Positions 1-9,297 of a stretch of 64,000 bases of DNA are shown one piece after another; within the stretch, counting starts at the first letter, position 1, and each line of letters starts with the position of its first letter. Location of the stretch: positions 9,522 through 73,521 of the forward strand of contig MFJL01000014.1 in assembly GCA_001779195.1 (NCBI GenBank), given 5' to 3'. Position numbers and translations under genes: made by a program. The DNA is from Candidatus Gottesmanbacteria bacterium RIFCSPHIGHO2_02_FULL_39_11 (GTDB lineage Bacteria; Patescibacteriota; Microgenomatia; 2-02-FULL-39-11). Under the pieces are notes generated by a model. That model did no database searches. It saw only the letters and a program-made list of their open reading frames with translations, and was not told the DNA's origin.

Positions 1-411
1 TGACAGTCCAAGACTTTCCGTCTGTTCATGAATAATAAATGGAATATTTAACAGGTAGCTCACAATTCCAATCGGAAAAGACACGTATCCCCCAAATGTG
101 ATCACACCGTCCGGATGTACTTTAAAAAAATAATAAAATGCCTGTATCAGTCCGATGGGTATTTTTAAAAGAGAAGTAAAAAAAGAAAGACCAAAATGCC
201 TTTCAAATCTTCCGGTTATTATGGAATAAAAAGGAATATTTAATTCTTTAATGGTTTTGTATTCCAAAGAAAGAGAAGAATCGCCTTCTAGAGGATGTAT
301 CCTCCCGACATAAGAGATTTTGCACGTCTCGTTATTTTTGTGCAGTTCTTCAATTACGGCAATTGCAGGGCTGAGATGTCCCCCCGCAATAAGAATTTTC
401 TTTTGTATCAT
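1..411 (-). CDS. murG: MurG, lipid II GlcNAc transferase (5' part; runs off the window start)
   Basis: Not in the ORF track. Manual translation from the ATG at 411 gives MIQKKILIAGGHLSPAIAV...VITFGGYVSFP...IHEQT, matching the MurG GGH and FGGY motifs. It lies directly downstream of ftsW. Confidence 0.92.
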   Translation of the reverse strand, partial: MIQKKILIAGGHLSPAIAVIEELHKNNETCKISYVGRIHPLEGDSSLSLEYKTIKELNIPFYSIITGRFERHFGLSFFTSLLKIPIGLIQAFYYFFKVHPDGVITFGGYVSFPIGIVSYLLNIPFIIHEQTESLGLS

Positions 412-412
412 T

Positions 413-1516
413 TTATTTATTGTGCCGGCTTATGTTTAGCATTATACCAGCGGCACTCATGGAGATAAGTAGATGAGATCCCCCGTATGACACAAAGGGA
501 AGAGGAACTCCAGTTAAAGGCAAAAGAGCAACCATTGCACCTAAGTTGATAAAAATCTGCAAACCAAAATAACTTAATATTCCACATGAAAGAAGAAAGC
601 TGAACCGATCCTGTGTTTTTCTCACAATTAAAAACATCCTGTGCAAAAAAAATAGATAAAAAATTACAACCGTCGTTGTTCCGATAAATCCCAGTTCTTC
701 TCCGATAATGGCAAAAATAGAATCTGTGGTTGCCTCTGGCAAAAACTGATATTTTTGTCGGGAAGCTCCCAATCCCATTCCCCAAAAACCACCGGATCCA
801 AATGAAATTAAAATCTGTCTCAGATGGTAAGATTTGCCAAGCGGATCCTGGTTAGGATTTAAAAAGGTCATCATACGGTTGACCCGGTATGGAGAAATAA
901 CCGCAAGAAGAGACAAAACTGCAATAAGTATCGGCAGGAACATAGCAAATTGACGAACCGGTGCTCCGGAAACAAAATATAAGATAACAAACAAGAGACA
1001 CAATATAATTGCAGTCCCTAAATCCGGCTGTAAAACAACTAGCCCTACGATAACTCCCAAAAGAAGCAAAAAAGCTCTGAGTCTTTCCCGTTCTTTGAAA
1101 GAAAACCAGGCCGATAAGTAAATAATAAGTGCAAGTTTGGCAAGTTCAGAAGGCTGGAAACTAAAACTACCAAATCCGATCCACCGGTGTGCTCCCATTG
1201 TTTTTATTCCGATTCCTGGAATAAAAACAGCAATAAGGGTGAGGATCGCACCGACTAAAATAGGAATTGCCAATCGGTAATAGACTTTGTATGAAACCAG
1301 AGAAATTGCAAGCATGGAAAAAATTCCCAGGAAAAACCATACAGATTGCTCTTTTACGTAATGATACTTATCGGCAAAATCGCGGAATGCGGAAACATTT
1401 GAAGAATCAAAAATCATGAGGAGTCCGAAAAGTGAAAAAAGAATGACCGTTGCAAAAAGCCAAAAGTCCATTTTTCCTGTTGCTGTTGATTTTTTCAGAG
1501 AATGGGCGTTTCTCAT
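413..1516 (-). CDS. ftsW: FtsW, SEDS peptidoglycan polymerase
   Basis: Motifs GAHRWI, FQPSELAK, LQPDLGT, FLPEATTDSIF and TGVPLPFVSYGGS; located between mraY and murG. Confidence 0.95.
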   Translation of the reverse strand: MRNAHSLKKSTATGKMDFWLFATVILFSLFGLLMIFDSSNVSAFRDFADKYHYVKEQSVWFFLGIFSMLAISLVSYKVYYRLAIPILVGAILTLIAVFIPGIGIKTMGAHRWIGFGSFSFQPSELAKLALIIYLSAWFSFKERERLRAFLLLLGVIVGLVVLQPDLGTAIILCLLFVILYFVSGAPVRQFAMFLPILIAVLSLLAVISPYRVNRMMTFLNPNQDPLGKSYHLRQILISFGSGGFWGMGLGASRQKYQFLPEATTDSIFAIIGEELGFIGTTTVVIFYLFFLHRMFLIVRKTQDRFSFLLSCGILSYFGLQIFINLGAMVALLPLTGVPLPFVSYGGSHLLISMSAAGIMLNISRHNK

Positions 1517-1528
1517 AAGGAGAATTTA

Positions 1529-2566
1529 TTATTTCATAAAAGCAAACCACAAACCCAGTGTTGCTAAAAGAACTGAAAAAATCCAGGCACGAAAAACAAT
1601 AGTCGATTCATTCCAGCCCTTTTTTTGCCATAAGAGATGAAAGGGAGCAACTTCAAATAATTTTTTACCCCGATATTTTTTACTTAACAGCTGAAGAAGA
1701 GAAGTAAGAATTTCTAAAACATACAATCCTCCGACAACCAAAAGAGAAAAGGGTTTTCCCAAAAGAAGTCCGATAACCGCAAATGTTGCCCCGAAAGAGA
1801 GTGCTCCTACATCTCCCAAAAAAATACGGGCAGGGAAAATATTAAAATAAAGAAATGCAATAACGCCTCCGAGCCATATTGAAATAAAAACGGAAAGAGG
1901 GGTATCTAAAATCGAATGGGAGATTACCCAGAAAGCAGTCAGGGCAATCATAAGGATTCCGCATGAAAGACCATCTAGGCCATCTGATATATTAAACGCA
2001 TTGGCAAACGAGAGAATAACAAAAGAGGCAAATAAAATATATAGAATACCGACATCCCAAACGCCTATAAAGGGTACATTGATAATATGGATATGAAGCT
2101 CAGAATAGAGATAATACGCTGCTATAAGAGAGAGAAAAATCTGTAAGATGAGTTTATGCCGGAGACGAAGTCCGTAAAACTTCTGGTTTCCGGCAAAAAA
2201 AACTTTTCTCACATCATCATACAACCCTATTGCTCCAAATGAAACAAACGTAAACAGGAGTACTTTTATCTCGCTTCCCACATTGTTATATACGGAATGG
2301 ATGGGTATCCAAAAATAATAAAGAATCGGGAATGAAATAAAGAAAAGCAATGTTGTAACTGCAATTACAAGCATCCCGCCTCCTAAGGGGGTTCCTGATT
2401 TCTTCCCGTGAAATGAGTCAAAAATCGGAGTAGGCACATCAAATGCGTCTGTTGTTTTCTGATTTTGCCTCTGAAGTTTGGCATGATACAGGATGTTAAT
2501 AAAAGGGATAAGAGCAATAAAATGTACGATAAAAGAAAGTAATAAAAAACCTATTATAAATGCCAT
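1529..2566 (-). CDS. mraY: MraY, phospho-MurNAc-pentapeptide transferase
   Basis: Motifs KKSGTPLGGG, GLYDD, NAFNISDGLDGL and FLGDVG; polytopic membrane protein in dcw context. Confidence 0.93.
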   Translation of the reverse strand: MAFIIGFLLLSFIVHFIALIPFINILYHAKLQRQNQKTTDAFDVPTPIFDSFHGKKSGTPLGGGMLVIAVTTLLFFISFPILYYFWIPIHSVYNNVGSEIKVLLFTFVSFGAIGLYDDVRKVFFAGNQKFYGLRLRHKLILQIFLSLIAAYYLYSELHIHIINVPFIGVWDVGILYILFASFVILSFANAFNISDGLDGLSCGILMIALTAFWVISHSILDTPLSVFISIWLGGVIAFLYFNIFPARIFLGDVGALSFGATFAVIGLLLGKPFSLLVVGGLYVLEILTSLLQLLSKKYRGKKLFEVAPFHLLWQKKGWNESTIVFRAWIFSVLLATLGLWFAFMK

Positions 2567-2577
2567 AAATTTAAATT

Positions 2578-2949
2578 CTAGAACCCAAAAAGTACTAATA
2601 GTCTGGGAAGAAAAATAATAAGAGAAACCCCGATTGCTCCAAATGCAGTTGTAAGCATCATACCTGCCGCGACATCTTTAGCAATTTTTGCCTCTTTCCT
2701 CCACTCAATAGTAATTAAATCCGTCATTTCTTCAATTGAGGTATTTACCATCTCCGTCCCCAGTCCAAATGCAATTGTCATTATAACAACGGCAAACTCC
2801 CCTCTTGAGATTTTTAAAATAATACTTAGAACTAAGGCGACACAGGCAAGGAGCACATGTATCCTAAAATTCTGCTGTGTTTTTAATGCCCAAAACAATC
2901 CGGCAAAGGCGTTTTTAAAAGATAAGTGGTGTTTTTTGAGAAAATGCAT
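2578..2949 (-). CDS. dgkA: DgkA-family diacylglycerol/undecaprenol kinase
   Basis: Motifs SFKNAFAG, NFRIH, EMVNTSIE and AKIAKDVAAG; 123 aa with three hydrophobic helices. Confidence 0.9.
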   Translation of the reverse strand: MHFLKKHHLSFKNAFAGLFWALKTQQNFRIHVLLACVALVLSIILKISRGEFAVVIMTIAFGLGTEMVNTSIEEMTDLITIEWRKEAKIAKDVAAGMMLTTAFGAIGVSLIIFLPRLLVLFGF

Positions 2950-2955
2950 ACGTCT

Positions 2956-2963
2956 ATTATACC
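2956..2963 (-). promoter_or_regulatory. Putative -10 box (GGTATAAT), 6 nt before the dgkA ATG; leaderless-type
   Basis: Minus strand reads GGTATAAT-agacgt-ATG with no Shine-Dalgarno sequence. Confidence 0.55.
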
Positions 2964-2976
2964 TCTTTTCCCGGGT

Positions 2977-3966
2977 TTAATACCTTTTTTTGATTTTGCG
3001 AAATGACTCAACTGCAAGGGTAATAAGATACTTACGATTTACTGGAAGATCGTGAGCATGCATATATTCCAGAGAGTGTCCTCCGAATCCTTTCTTAAAC
3101 AAAGACAGCCCATACCAGGGATGAGTTTTTCGGTCCGTAGGAGCAATTCCCCAAAAATTATATATTTTTTTATTTCTTTTTCTTGCTTCTTTTATGGCTT
3201 CCCACTGAAGTAAGTAATTGACGGGAATTTTCTGGTCCACACTGGCGCTATGATGATAAACAGCCTGATTATTATAGAAAAGTATAAGAGCAGCAGACAA
3301 TAATTTTTTATCAAAATACCCCTTAAATAACAGAATCTGATCTTTTTTTAGAAATTCCATAAACTCATCGACAATCCCGGTATGCTTAGTAAATCCATGT
3401 CTGCTTGCGGTCATCTCATACAGAGTCATAAAATCTTCTAAATCTTTGGGATTTTTGCTTTTTTCGATTTTAACTCCTATTTTTTCCGCCTGACGGATAA
3501 GATACCGGGTGGTTTTGCGCATGCCGGAAAGCAGTTCTTCCTCGGATTTATCCACATTCAAAACCCAGCAATATTCCCCGTCCATGGCATGAATGGGTGA
3601 GGGTCTGAAATGGAAATCCTTAAACAGACGCTCGTTATATTCGGTGTTTGGAATAAGGGGACTCATTCTTATAAAATTTGCACGTTCTTTTTTGGCTAGT
3701 GAAATAAAATAATCAACCCAAATGGATAACGATTCCCTATCCCAGGATGAGAGTATGGGTCCGTGACGGATATGAAGAAATCTTCCGCGCCTGGCATCAA
3801 TTTTTGCGACCTGTGCAACAGAGGTTAATTTATCTTCGGAAAAATTTCCCAGTCTCCATGCTTTTTCGACGATCTCCCCCCAACTCCAGGATTGAAAAAG
3901 GGCAACAGGCGAGTGCTCCCGTATATATGCTTCCCAGTCATTTTCTGAACGTACTTCTTTAATCAT
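2977..3966 (-). CDS. FemABX/MurM-family aminoacyl-tRNA-dependent transferase
   Basis: Motifs LFQSWSWG, RHGP, MRKTTRYLIR, YLLQWEAI, YNFWGI and GLSLFKKGFGG. Confidence 0.88.
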   Translation of the reverse strand: MIKEVRSENDWEAYIREHSPVALFQSWSWGEIVEKAWRLGNFSEDKLTSVAQVAKIDARRGRFLHIRHGPILSSWDRESLSIWVDYFISLAKKERANFIRMSPLIPNTEYNERLFKDFHFRPSPIHAMDGEYCWVLNVDKSEEELLSGMRKTTRYLIRQAEKIGVKIEKSKNPKDLEDFMTLYEMTASRHGFTKHTGIVDEFMEFLKKDQILLFKGYFDKKLLSAALILFYNNQAVYHHSASVDQKIPVNYLLQWEAIKEARKRNKKIYNFWGIAPTDRKTHPWYGLSLFKKGFGGHSLEYMHAHDLPVNRKYLITLAVESFRKIKKRY

Positions 3967-5201
3967 ATTTCTTTCTTTAAGAGACTGATTACTCTCTCTA
4001 TATCATTTGGGGTCAGCCGAAAATAGGTAGGTAAATTTACTATGTGTCTTGAAACTGACTCAGCCCTAGGACAGCTTCCCAATTTATATCCGATACTCGT
4101 ATAGTCAACACCCGCCGGATCTACAACATGATGATACCAATTTCCAAGTACTATTTTCTTTTTCTTTGCACTGAGGATGACATTTGAAGCTTTATCCGTG
4201 ATAACGGGATACCTTAGATAAACTGCTCCAAAAACAGGTTTTAACTGATTTATTTTTGTAATGTCTTTTAAAGACTGGTAATACCTATTCGCTATTTCCA
4301 CTCTTTTATCATTGATCTGTTTTAATTTACTCAGCTGATACAGAAGAAGAGCCGCTAAAGCATTGGGATATTTTAAGGGGAAAACGCTTGGTCTTCCTCC
4401 TGTATATTCTTCTTTATAAACAGGCTTTGACAGCAAATGCAGTTTCAGCAAGATAAATAAAATAACTTTTCCAATAATGAAAGGATACAACGGCAATATG
4501 ATTGAAAAAAAAATGGGATGAACTATCTGTTGAAAAATCCAACCGTAGGAAGGAAAAGATAAGTCTTCATGCATCTTCTTTAAATTTTTTATCTCCGTTT
4601 TAAAATTTGGCTTAATAATTGCAAGTCCTCCAAAAACAGATGAAACAATTTTATCTCTGCCGAAACTGAAGAAGGCTGCGTCTCCGAAAGTACCCAATTT
4701 TCTATTTTCAACCGCAGCTCCCAGACAGTGGGCGCAGTCTTCAATAAGAATTAGATTATGTTTTTTAGCAATAACTGAAATTTCTTTAATTTGTGCAGGA
4801 ATTCCGAATGTATGTTGGACTATGATTGCACGGGTTTCAGATGTAATTTTTTTTTCAAGGTCTGTTGGGTCTACATTAAGTGTGCGATCAATATCAACAA
4901 ATACCGGCTTTACCCCGCACCAAAGAATAGCATCGCAAACTGCAACACAGGTGAATGCCTGAAGAATTACTTCATCGCCCTCTTTAATTTCGAATGATTT
5001 TAAAAGTGCATATAAAGCTGATCTTCCAGAGTTAAAAGATACCGAAGCACCTGCTGCATACTCATGTTTAAACCACGACTCGACTTTGCCGATTGCTGAG
5101 CCGTCTTTCCAGGACCACGGTGAAAACATTACTCTAACTGCTTCCTGTACGTCCTTTTTATCCGTATTGGGAGATAATGATATTGCAATTGGGTTATTCA
5201 T
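3963..5201 (-). CDS. DegT/DnrJ/EryC1/StrS PLP-dependent aminotransferase
   Basis: Motifs FNSGRSAL, IIVQHTFG, IEDCAH, FFSFGRDK (PLP lysine) and a C-terminal NLPT. Confidence 0.9.
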   Translation of the reverse strand: MNNPIAISLSPNTDKKDVQEAVRVMFSPWSWKDGSAIGKVESWFKHEYAAGASVSFNSGRSALYALLKSFEIKEGDEVILQAFTCVAVCDAILWCGVKPVFVDIDRTLNVDPTDLEKKITSETRAIIVQHTFGIPAQIKEISVIAKKHNLILIEDCAHCLGAAVENRKLGTFGDAAFFSFGRDKIVSSVFGGLAIIKPNFKTEIKNLKKMHEDLSFPSYGWIFQQIVHPIFFSIILPLYPFIIGKVILFILLKLHLLSKPVYKEEYTGGRPSVFPLKYPNALAALLLYQLSKLKQINDKRVEIANRYYQSLKDITKINQLKPVFGAVYLRYPVITDKASNVILSAKKKKIVLGNWYHHVVDPAGVDYTSIGYKLGSCPRAESVSRHIVNLPTYFRLTPNDIERVISLLKKEI

Positions 5202-6805
5202 TTAATTTTTTTCAATAATAATTCCATCTGTCTTTTGGCTTCCCGGCCGCTGAAATAAATCATAATATCCTCTGTGTCATCAAACGGATAGAAATCCAAT
5301 TGTTTTTCATTTCTTAATATATATATTTTATCTTTTTTAATCCTTAAGAATTCTTCCGAATAATTTGAGTTTGTCAGAAAAATACGGTCACATGTTTTTT
5401 CTGCCTCTTTGCTGATTTCTTTATGAATAAATTTTCCCTCTTTATTTAATTCAATAAGGGGACTAAAAACAAACCATTTTTTCCCGTGAAATTGAGATAA
5501 GTATTTTAAGCCGGTTAATACTCCATCCGGATTTGAATTATAAGTATCATCAACTATATGTACTTTACCAAACTTTTTAAGCTTCATCCGATTATCAGGG
5601 AGCGATAAATTTGAAATACCCTGTGCAATATCAGTTAGACTTAATCCTAATTCTGCTGCAACGGAGGCGGATCCTGAGATATTTTGAATAAACTGCTCTC
5701 CGCCAAATGTTGTCACACAGGGAACACATTTCCCTTTCCAACACATTTCAAAAGATAAAGATTCTAATCCTGATTTAATATCTTTTATATCAACACTATT
5801 TTCTTTATTCTGAAGAGAATACCCTCCGTACCAATACTTTTTAATATCTTTCCTGTCCCTACTGACCCACTTGCCAATCTCAGTTAAAGGCTTGCTGCTA
5901 CTGTTTAGAAAAGCCATTCCATTTTGTTTAAGGCATATGAGCAATTCATACTTAGCTCTCATGGTATTTTCAATGGAGCCAAAGAGCTCAATATGCTCTT
6001 CGTTAATTCCGGTTAATACTCCGATTTGAGGATGAATCAAATTACAGAGAGTTTTTATCTCTCCTCTTTTATACGCTCCCATCTCGGCGATAAAAATTTG
6101 AATGTCGGGTGTAAGTTTTCTTAAAATCGTGTTGGCAATTCCGATTTCCGTGTTGTTTGTGCCTTCTGTCTTAAGAACACGGTATTTTTGAGACACGATA
6201 GTTGCTAAAAATTCCTTTGTAGTTGTCTTTCCAAAGCTTCCTGTAATTCCAATAACAACTAAGTTTGGAAAATTTTTAATTTTTTTATGAGCTTTATATA
6301 CGGTGTACTTTACATAGAGGAGACTTGGAATGGATGTAATTAATACAAGGAAACCAGAAAGAATAAATAAAAGATGGTCTAATAAAAATAGGAAAGAGAA
6401 AAAAAAGAAAAAAGATAATGACAATCCAACGAAAATAATTAGTAATCCAAAAATTAAGGTTAAGCTTCGAAAAGTAAATTTAGGTCTTTTAAAATTTTTA
6501 AATCCAAAAAATAAATTGACAACTATTATGAATTGTGTCAACAAGAAAAATAATATGGTTAAAGAAGGTAGATATAAAGGAGAAAAGAAAAATAAAATAA
6601 ATACTATCCATTTAAGAATAACGAAAGGATTTGCTAAAAATCTTTTTCCTTCTTCAGTATGAATGAAAGATACAATCCTGTCCCATCTGTATTCTTTCCT
6701 CTGCCATATATAAACGTTAAAAAGAATTAAGCGAATAAGATCGATGATGATAAGTGCATAAAAAATAGGGACAGAAATAGACACCAAGGTAAGGAAAAAA
6801 TCCAT
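5198..6805 (-). CDS. murF: MurF-like Mur ligase with an N-terminal multi-TM extension
   Basis: Motifs GITGSFGKTTTKE, NTEIG, AEMGAY, EHIELFGS and DDTYNSNP; the first ~165 aa are hydrophobic. Confidence 0.8.
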   Translation of the reverse strand: MDFFLTLVSISVPIFYALIIIDLIRLILFNVYIWQRKEYRWDRIVSFIHTEEGKRFLANPFVILKWIVFILFFFSPLYLPSLTILFFLLTQFIIVVNLFFGFKNFKRPKFTFRSLTLIFGLLIIFVGLSLSFFFFFSFLFLLDHLLFILSGFLVLITSIPSLLYVKYTVYKAHKKIKNFPNLVVIGITGSFGKTTTKEFLATIVSQKYRVLKTEGTNNTEIGIANTILRKLTPDIQIFIAEMGAYKRGEIKTLCNLIHPQIGVLTGINEEHIELFGSIENTMRAKYELLICLKQNGMAFLNSSSKPLTEIGKWVSRDRKDIKKYWYGGYSLQNKENSVDIKDIKSGLESLSFEMCWKGKCVPCVTTFGGEQFIQNISGSASVAAELGLSLTDIAQGISNLSLPDNRMKLKKFGKVHIVDDTYNSNPDGVLTGLKYLSQFHGKKWFVFSPLIELNKEGKFIHKEISKEAEKTCDRIFLTNSNYSEEFLRIKKDKIYILRNEKQLDFYPFDDTEDIMIYFSGREAKRQMELLLKKIK

Positions 6806-6808
6806 ATG

Positions 6809-7525
6809 TTAAATAAATTTTTCTACTAATTTGTAAAATTCCTCAGCATTATTAAAAGGAATTCCGTGAGTTCCGTTTGAAATAACTTCAATATGAGAAT
6901 TAATAATTGTTTTTTTCATTTTTCTAGCAATAGAGACTGAAACCATAGAGTCGTCTTCTCCCCAAATCAAAAGTGTAGGGACTTTAATTTTTTTCATAAA
7001 AGGCTCTAAATCCTCCCGTATAACGGATTGAAACGTTTTTTTAAGATTCCCGTCAACTTTTAGATAATCTACGGATCCGCTTAATCGGTATAGTATTTTT
7101 TTAGAAATGGATGAAAAGATGTTTAAGATAGGAAAAGAGAAAATTAGTTTTCCGATTTTACTTAATATTAAGAACAGGTTCCGTTTAAAAGAATTGACCG
7201 GGACAAATCCGGGAGTTCCGGTTAGAACTAAGACAGACAGCCAATCCAGATCATTCCCGGCAAGAAGAATTCCCACTCTCCCTCCGAATGAATGCCCGAT
7301 AAGAACTGCTTTTTTGATTTTTTTCTCCCGGATAAAATTTTCTACATCAAGAGCGTAATCAGCCAAGCTCATCGGTCTATCTAACGGTTTATCCGGTTCA
7401 AATCCAGCAAAACCAAAAACATATGCCAGGTAACCTGCATAGTTAAAACGTTCTTTAAGATCAGTGTATCTGTTGGAACTAACTCTCCAGCCCGGAAGAA
7501 TAATAACACTTGGAAGTTTATCCAT
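6809..7525 (-). CDS. Alpha/beta-fold hydrolase
   Basis: GHSFGG nucleophile elbow, WGEDD acid and GTHG histidine form a complete triad. Confidence 0.9.
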   Translation of the reverse strand: MDKLPSVIILPGWRVSSNRYTDLKERFNYAGYLAYVFGFAGFEPDKPLDRPMSLADYALDVENFIREKKIKKAVLIGHSFGGRVGILLAGNDLDWLSVLVLTGTPGFVPVNSFKRNLFLILSKIGKLIFSFPILNIFSSISKKILYRLSGSVDYLKVDGNLKKTFQSVIREDLEPFMKKIKVPTLLIWGEDDSMVSVSIARKMKKTIINSHIEVISNGTHGIPFNNAEEFYKLVEKFI

Positions 7526-7527
7526 AA

Positions 7528-9294
7528 TTATTTAACAGTTACAGACTTTGCAAGGTTTCGGGGCATATCAGGATCAACATTTTTTTCAAGAGCCAAATAA
7601 TATCCCAGAAGCTGACCGATAATAACTGAGGGTATAACAGATGCAACTGACGCATCTGTATAGGGAAGATGGATATCAAAAATATCATGTTTCTGAGGTG
7701 ATATTCCGATAATTTTTCCTCCCCGTGCTTTTAACTCCATAGCCCCGGCCAAATTAGATCCGTGTGTTTCATCCAGCGGTACAAAAGAGATACAAGGAGT
7801 GTCTTTTTCAATAAGAGCAATTACTCCGTGTTTAAGTTCTCCCGCGGCAAATCCTTCCGCATGGATATAAGACGCTTCTTTTATCTTAAGAGCAGTTTCC
7901 AGTGCAATCGGATAGGAAAGTCCCCGGCCGATAACGTAAATATGTTCTTTTGCTGAAAGTGTTTTTGCCAATCGGCTTATAATTTTAAGGTTCTTAGTAG
8001 TTAAAATTTCCTTTGTTGAATCCCGAGCAAGACGAAGATATTTTCTTCCAACTTCAATATTTCCTGAAAGATCATAGGCAATAAGGATAAGGTGTGCCAG
8101 TTTTGCCGTAAATGCTTTAGTTGATACAACGGCCTTTTCAATCCCTGCCGATAAAAGAATAGAGACATCAGACTCCCGGTTAAGAGTAGATCCCAATACA
8201 TTTACCAAGGATGCAATTCTTGCTTTCTTTTCTTTTGCCTTTTTGACGGATTCAATTACGTCGACAGTTTCCCCGGATTGAGAAAGAGCAACCACTAAGC
8301 TTTTATCCGTCAAAAAGTCTGCGAGAAATCCAAATTCGCTTCCTACTGTAAAATTTACATGGTATTTAGCAATTTTGGAAAATAAATAGGTTCCTGCAAG
8401 TGCTGCGTATGCGGCCGTCCCGCATCCTACAAAATAAGTTCCGAAAGATTTTTTAATCTCTTCAGAGAGTACATGAATCTCGCTGTCCTTTTTTTGGATA
8501 ATCCTCTCTAAAACATCAACCTGGTCATGAATTTCCTTTATCATGAAATGAGGATACATTCCTTTAGATACAAGATCCGGTTTCCAGTCAAGTTGTGTAT
8601 ATTGAATACTTTTTTTACTCAAAGAACCATCATAGACACTAACGGATTTATCATCAACCAAAATATAGTCTTCATCTTCCATAAAATATACATCCTGGGT
8701 ATAGGGAAGGACTGCATGAGCATCAGAGGCTAAATAGTTTCCGTCCTTTCCTTTACCAACCACAAGAGGAGAACCGTTTTTAACCGCTGCAAATTTCTTT
8801 GTCTTTGCATCCATCACTATAATGGCATTGAGTCCTTCAAAACGGGAAAATGATTTATGTAAAGCTTCCAATAATGAATCGGAGTTTTTATAGTATTCCT
8901 CCGTCAAATGGAGAGCAACTTCAGAGTCTGTCTCTGATAAAAATGTATGCCCTTTTTCTATGAGTTCTTTCTTAATTTCAGAATAATTTTCTATGATTCC
9001 GTTATGGATTAAGGCAAGAGTGCAATCGCGAGAAAGATGAGGATGAGCATTAGCGAGTGTTACTCCTCCATGGGTTGCCCACCTGGTGTGTCCGAAGGCA
9101 CTATTTGCAGGAGGTAACTGAATTCCTTTCGCATCTGCTATTTTTCCTGTATTTTTTACAACCTCTATTTTATTTTCTTTGATCCATGCAATTCCCCAGG
9201 AATCATATCCTCTATATTCAAGTGTTTTTAACCCTTCTAAAACCATGTCAGGAGCGTTTTCTTTTTTGCCTATGTATCCGAATATTCCGCACAT
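7528..9294 (-). CDS. glmS: Glutamine--fructose-6-phosphate aminotransferase
   Basis: Motifs MCGIFG, GHTRWATHG, SQSGET, STKAFT and DMPRNLAKSVTV. Confidence 0.98.
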   Translation of the reverse strand: MCGIFGYIGKKENAPDMVLEGLKTLEYRGYDSWGIAWIKENKIEVVKNTGKIADAKGIQLPPANSAFGHTRWATHGGVTLANAHPHLSRDCTLALIHNGIIENYSEIKKELIEKGHTFLSETDSEVALHLTEEYYKNSDSLLEALHKSFSRFEGLNAIIVMDAKTKKFAAVKNGSPLVVGKGKDGNYLASDAHAVLPYTQDVYFMEDEDYILVDDKSVSVYDGSLSKKSIQYTQLDWKPDLVSKGMYPHFMIKEIHDQVDVLERIIQKKDSEIHVLSEEIKKSFGTYFVGCGTAAYAALAGTYLFSKIAKYHVNFTVGSEFGFLADFLTDKSLVVALSQSGETVDVIESVKKAKEKKARIASLVNVLGSTLNRESDVSILLSAGIEKAVVSTKAFTAKLAHLILIAYDLSGNIEVGRKYLRLARDSTKEILTTKNLKIISRLAKTLSAKEHIYVIGRGLSYPIALETALKIKEASYIHAEGFAAGELKHGVIALIEKDTPCISFVPLDETHGSNLAGAMELKARGGKIIGISPQKHDIFDIHLPYTDASVASVIPSVIIGQLLGYYLALEKNVDPDMPRNLAKSVTVK

Positions 9295-9297
9295 TTT

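Noticed and set aside
9295-9297. glmS ribozyme upstream of glmS
   Set aside because: There are only 3 bp between the upstream gene and glmS, so there is no room.
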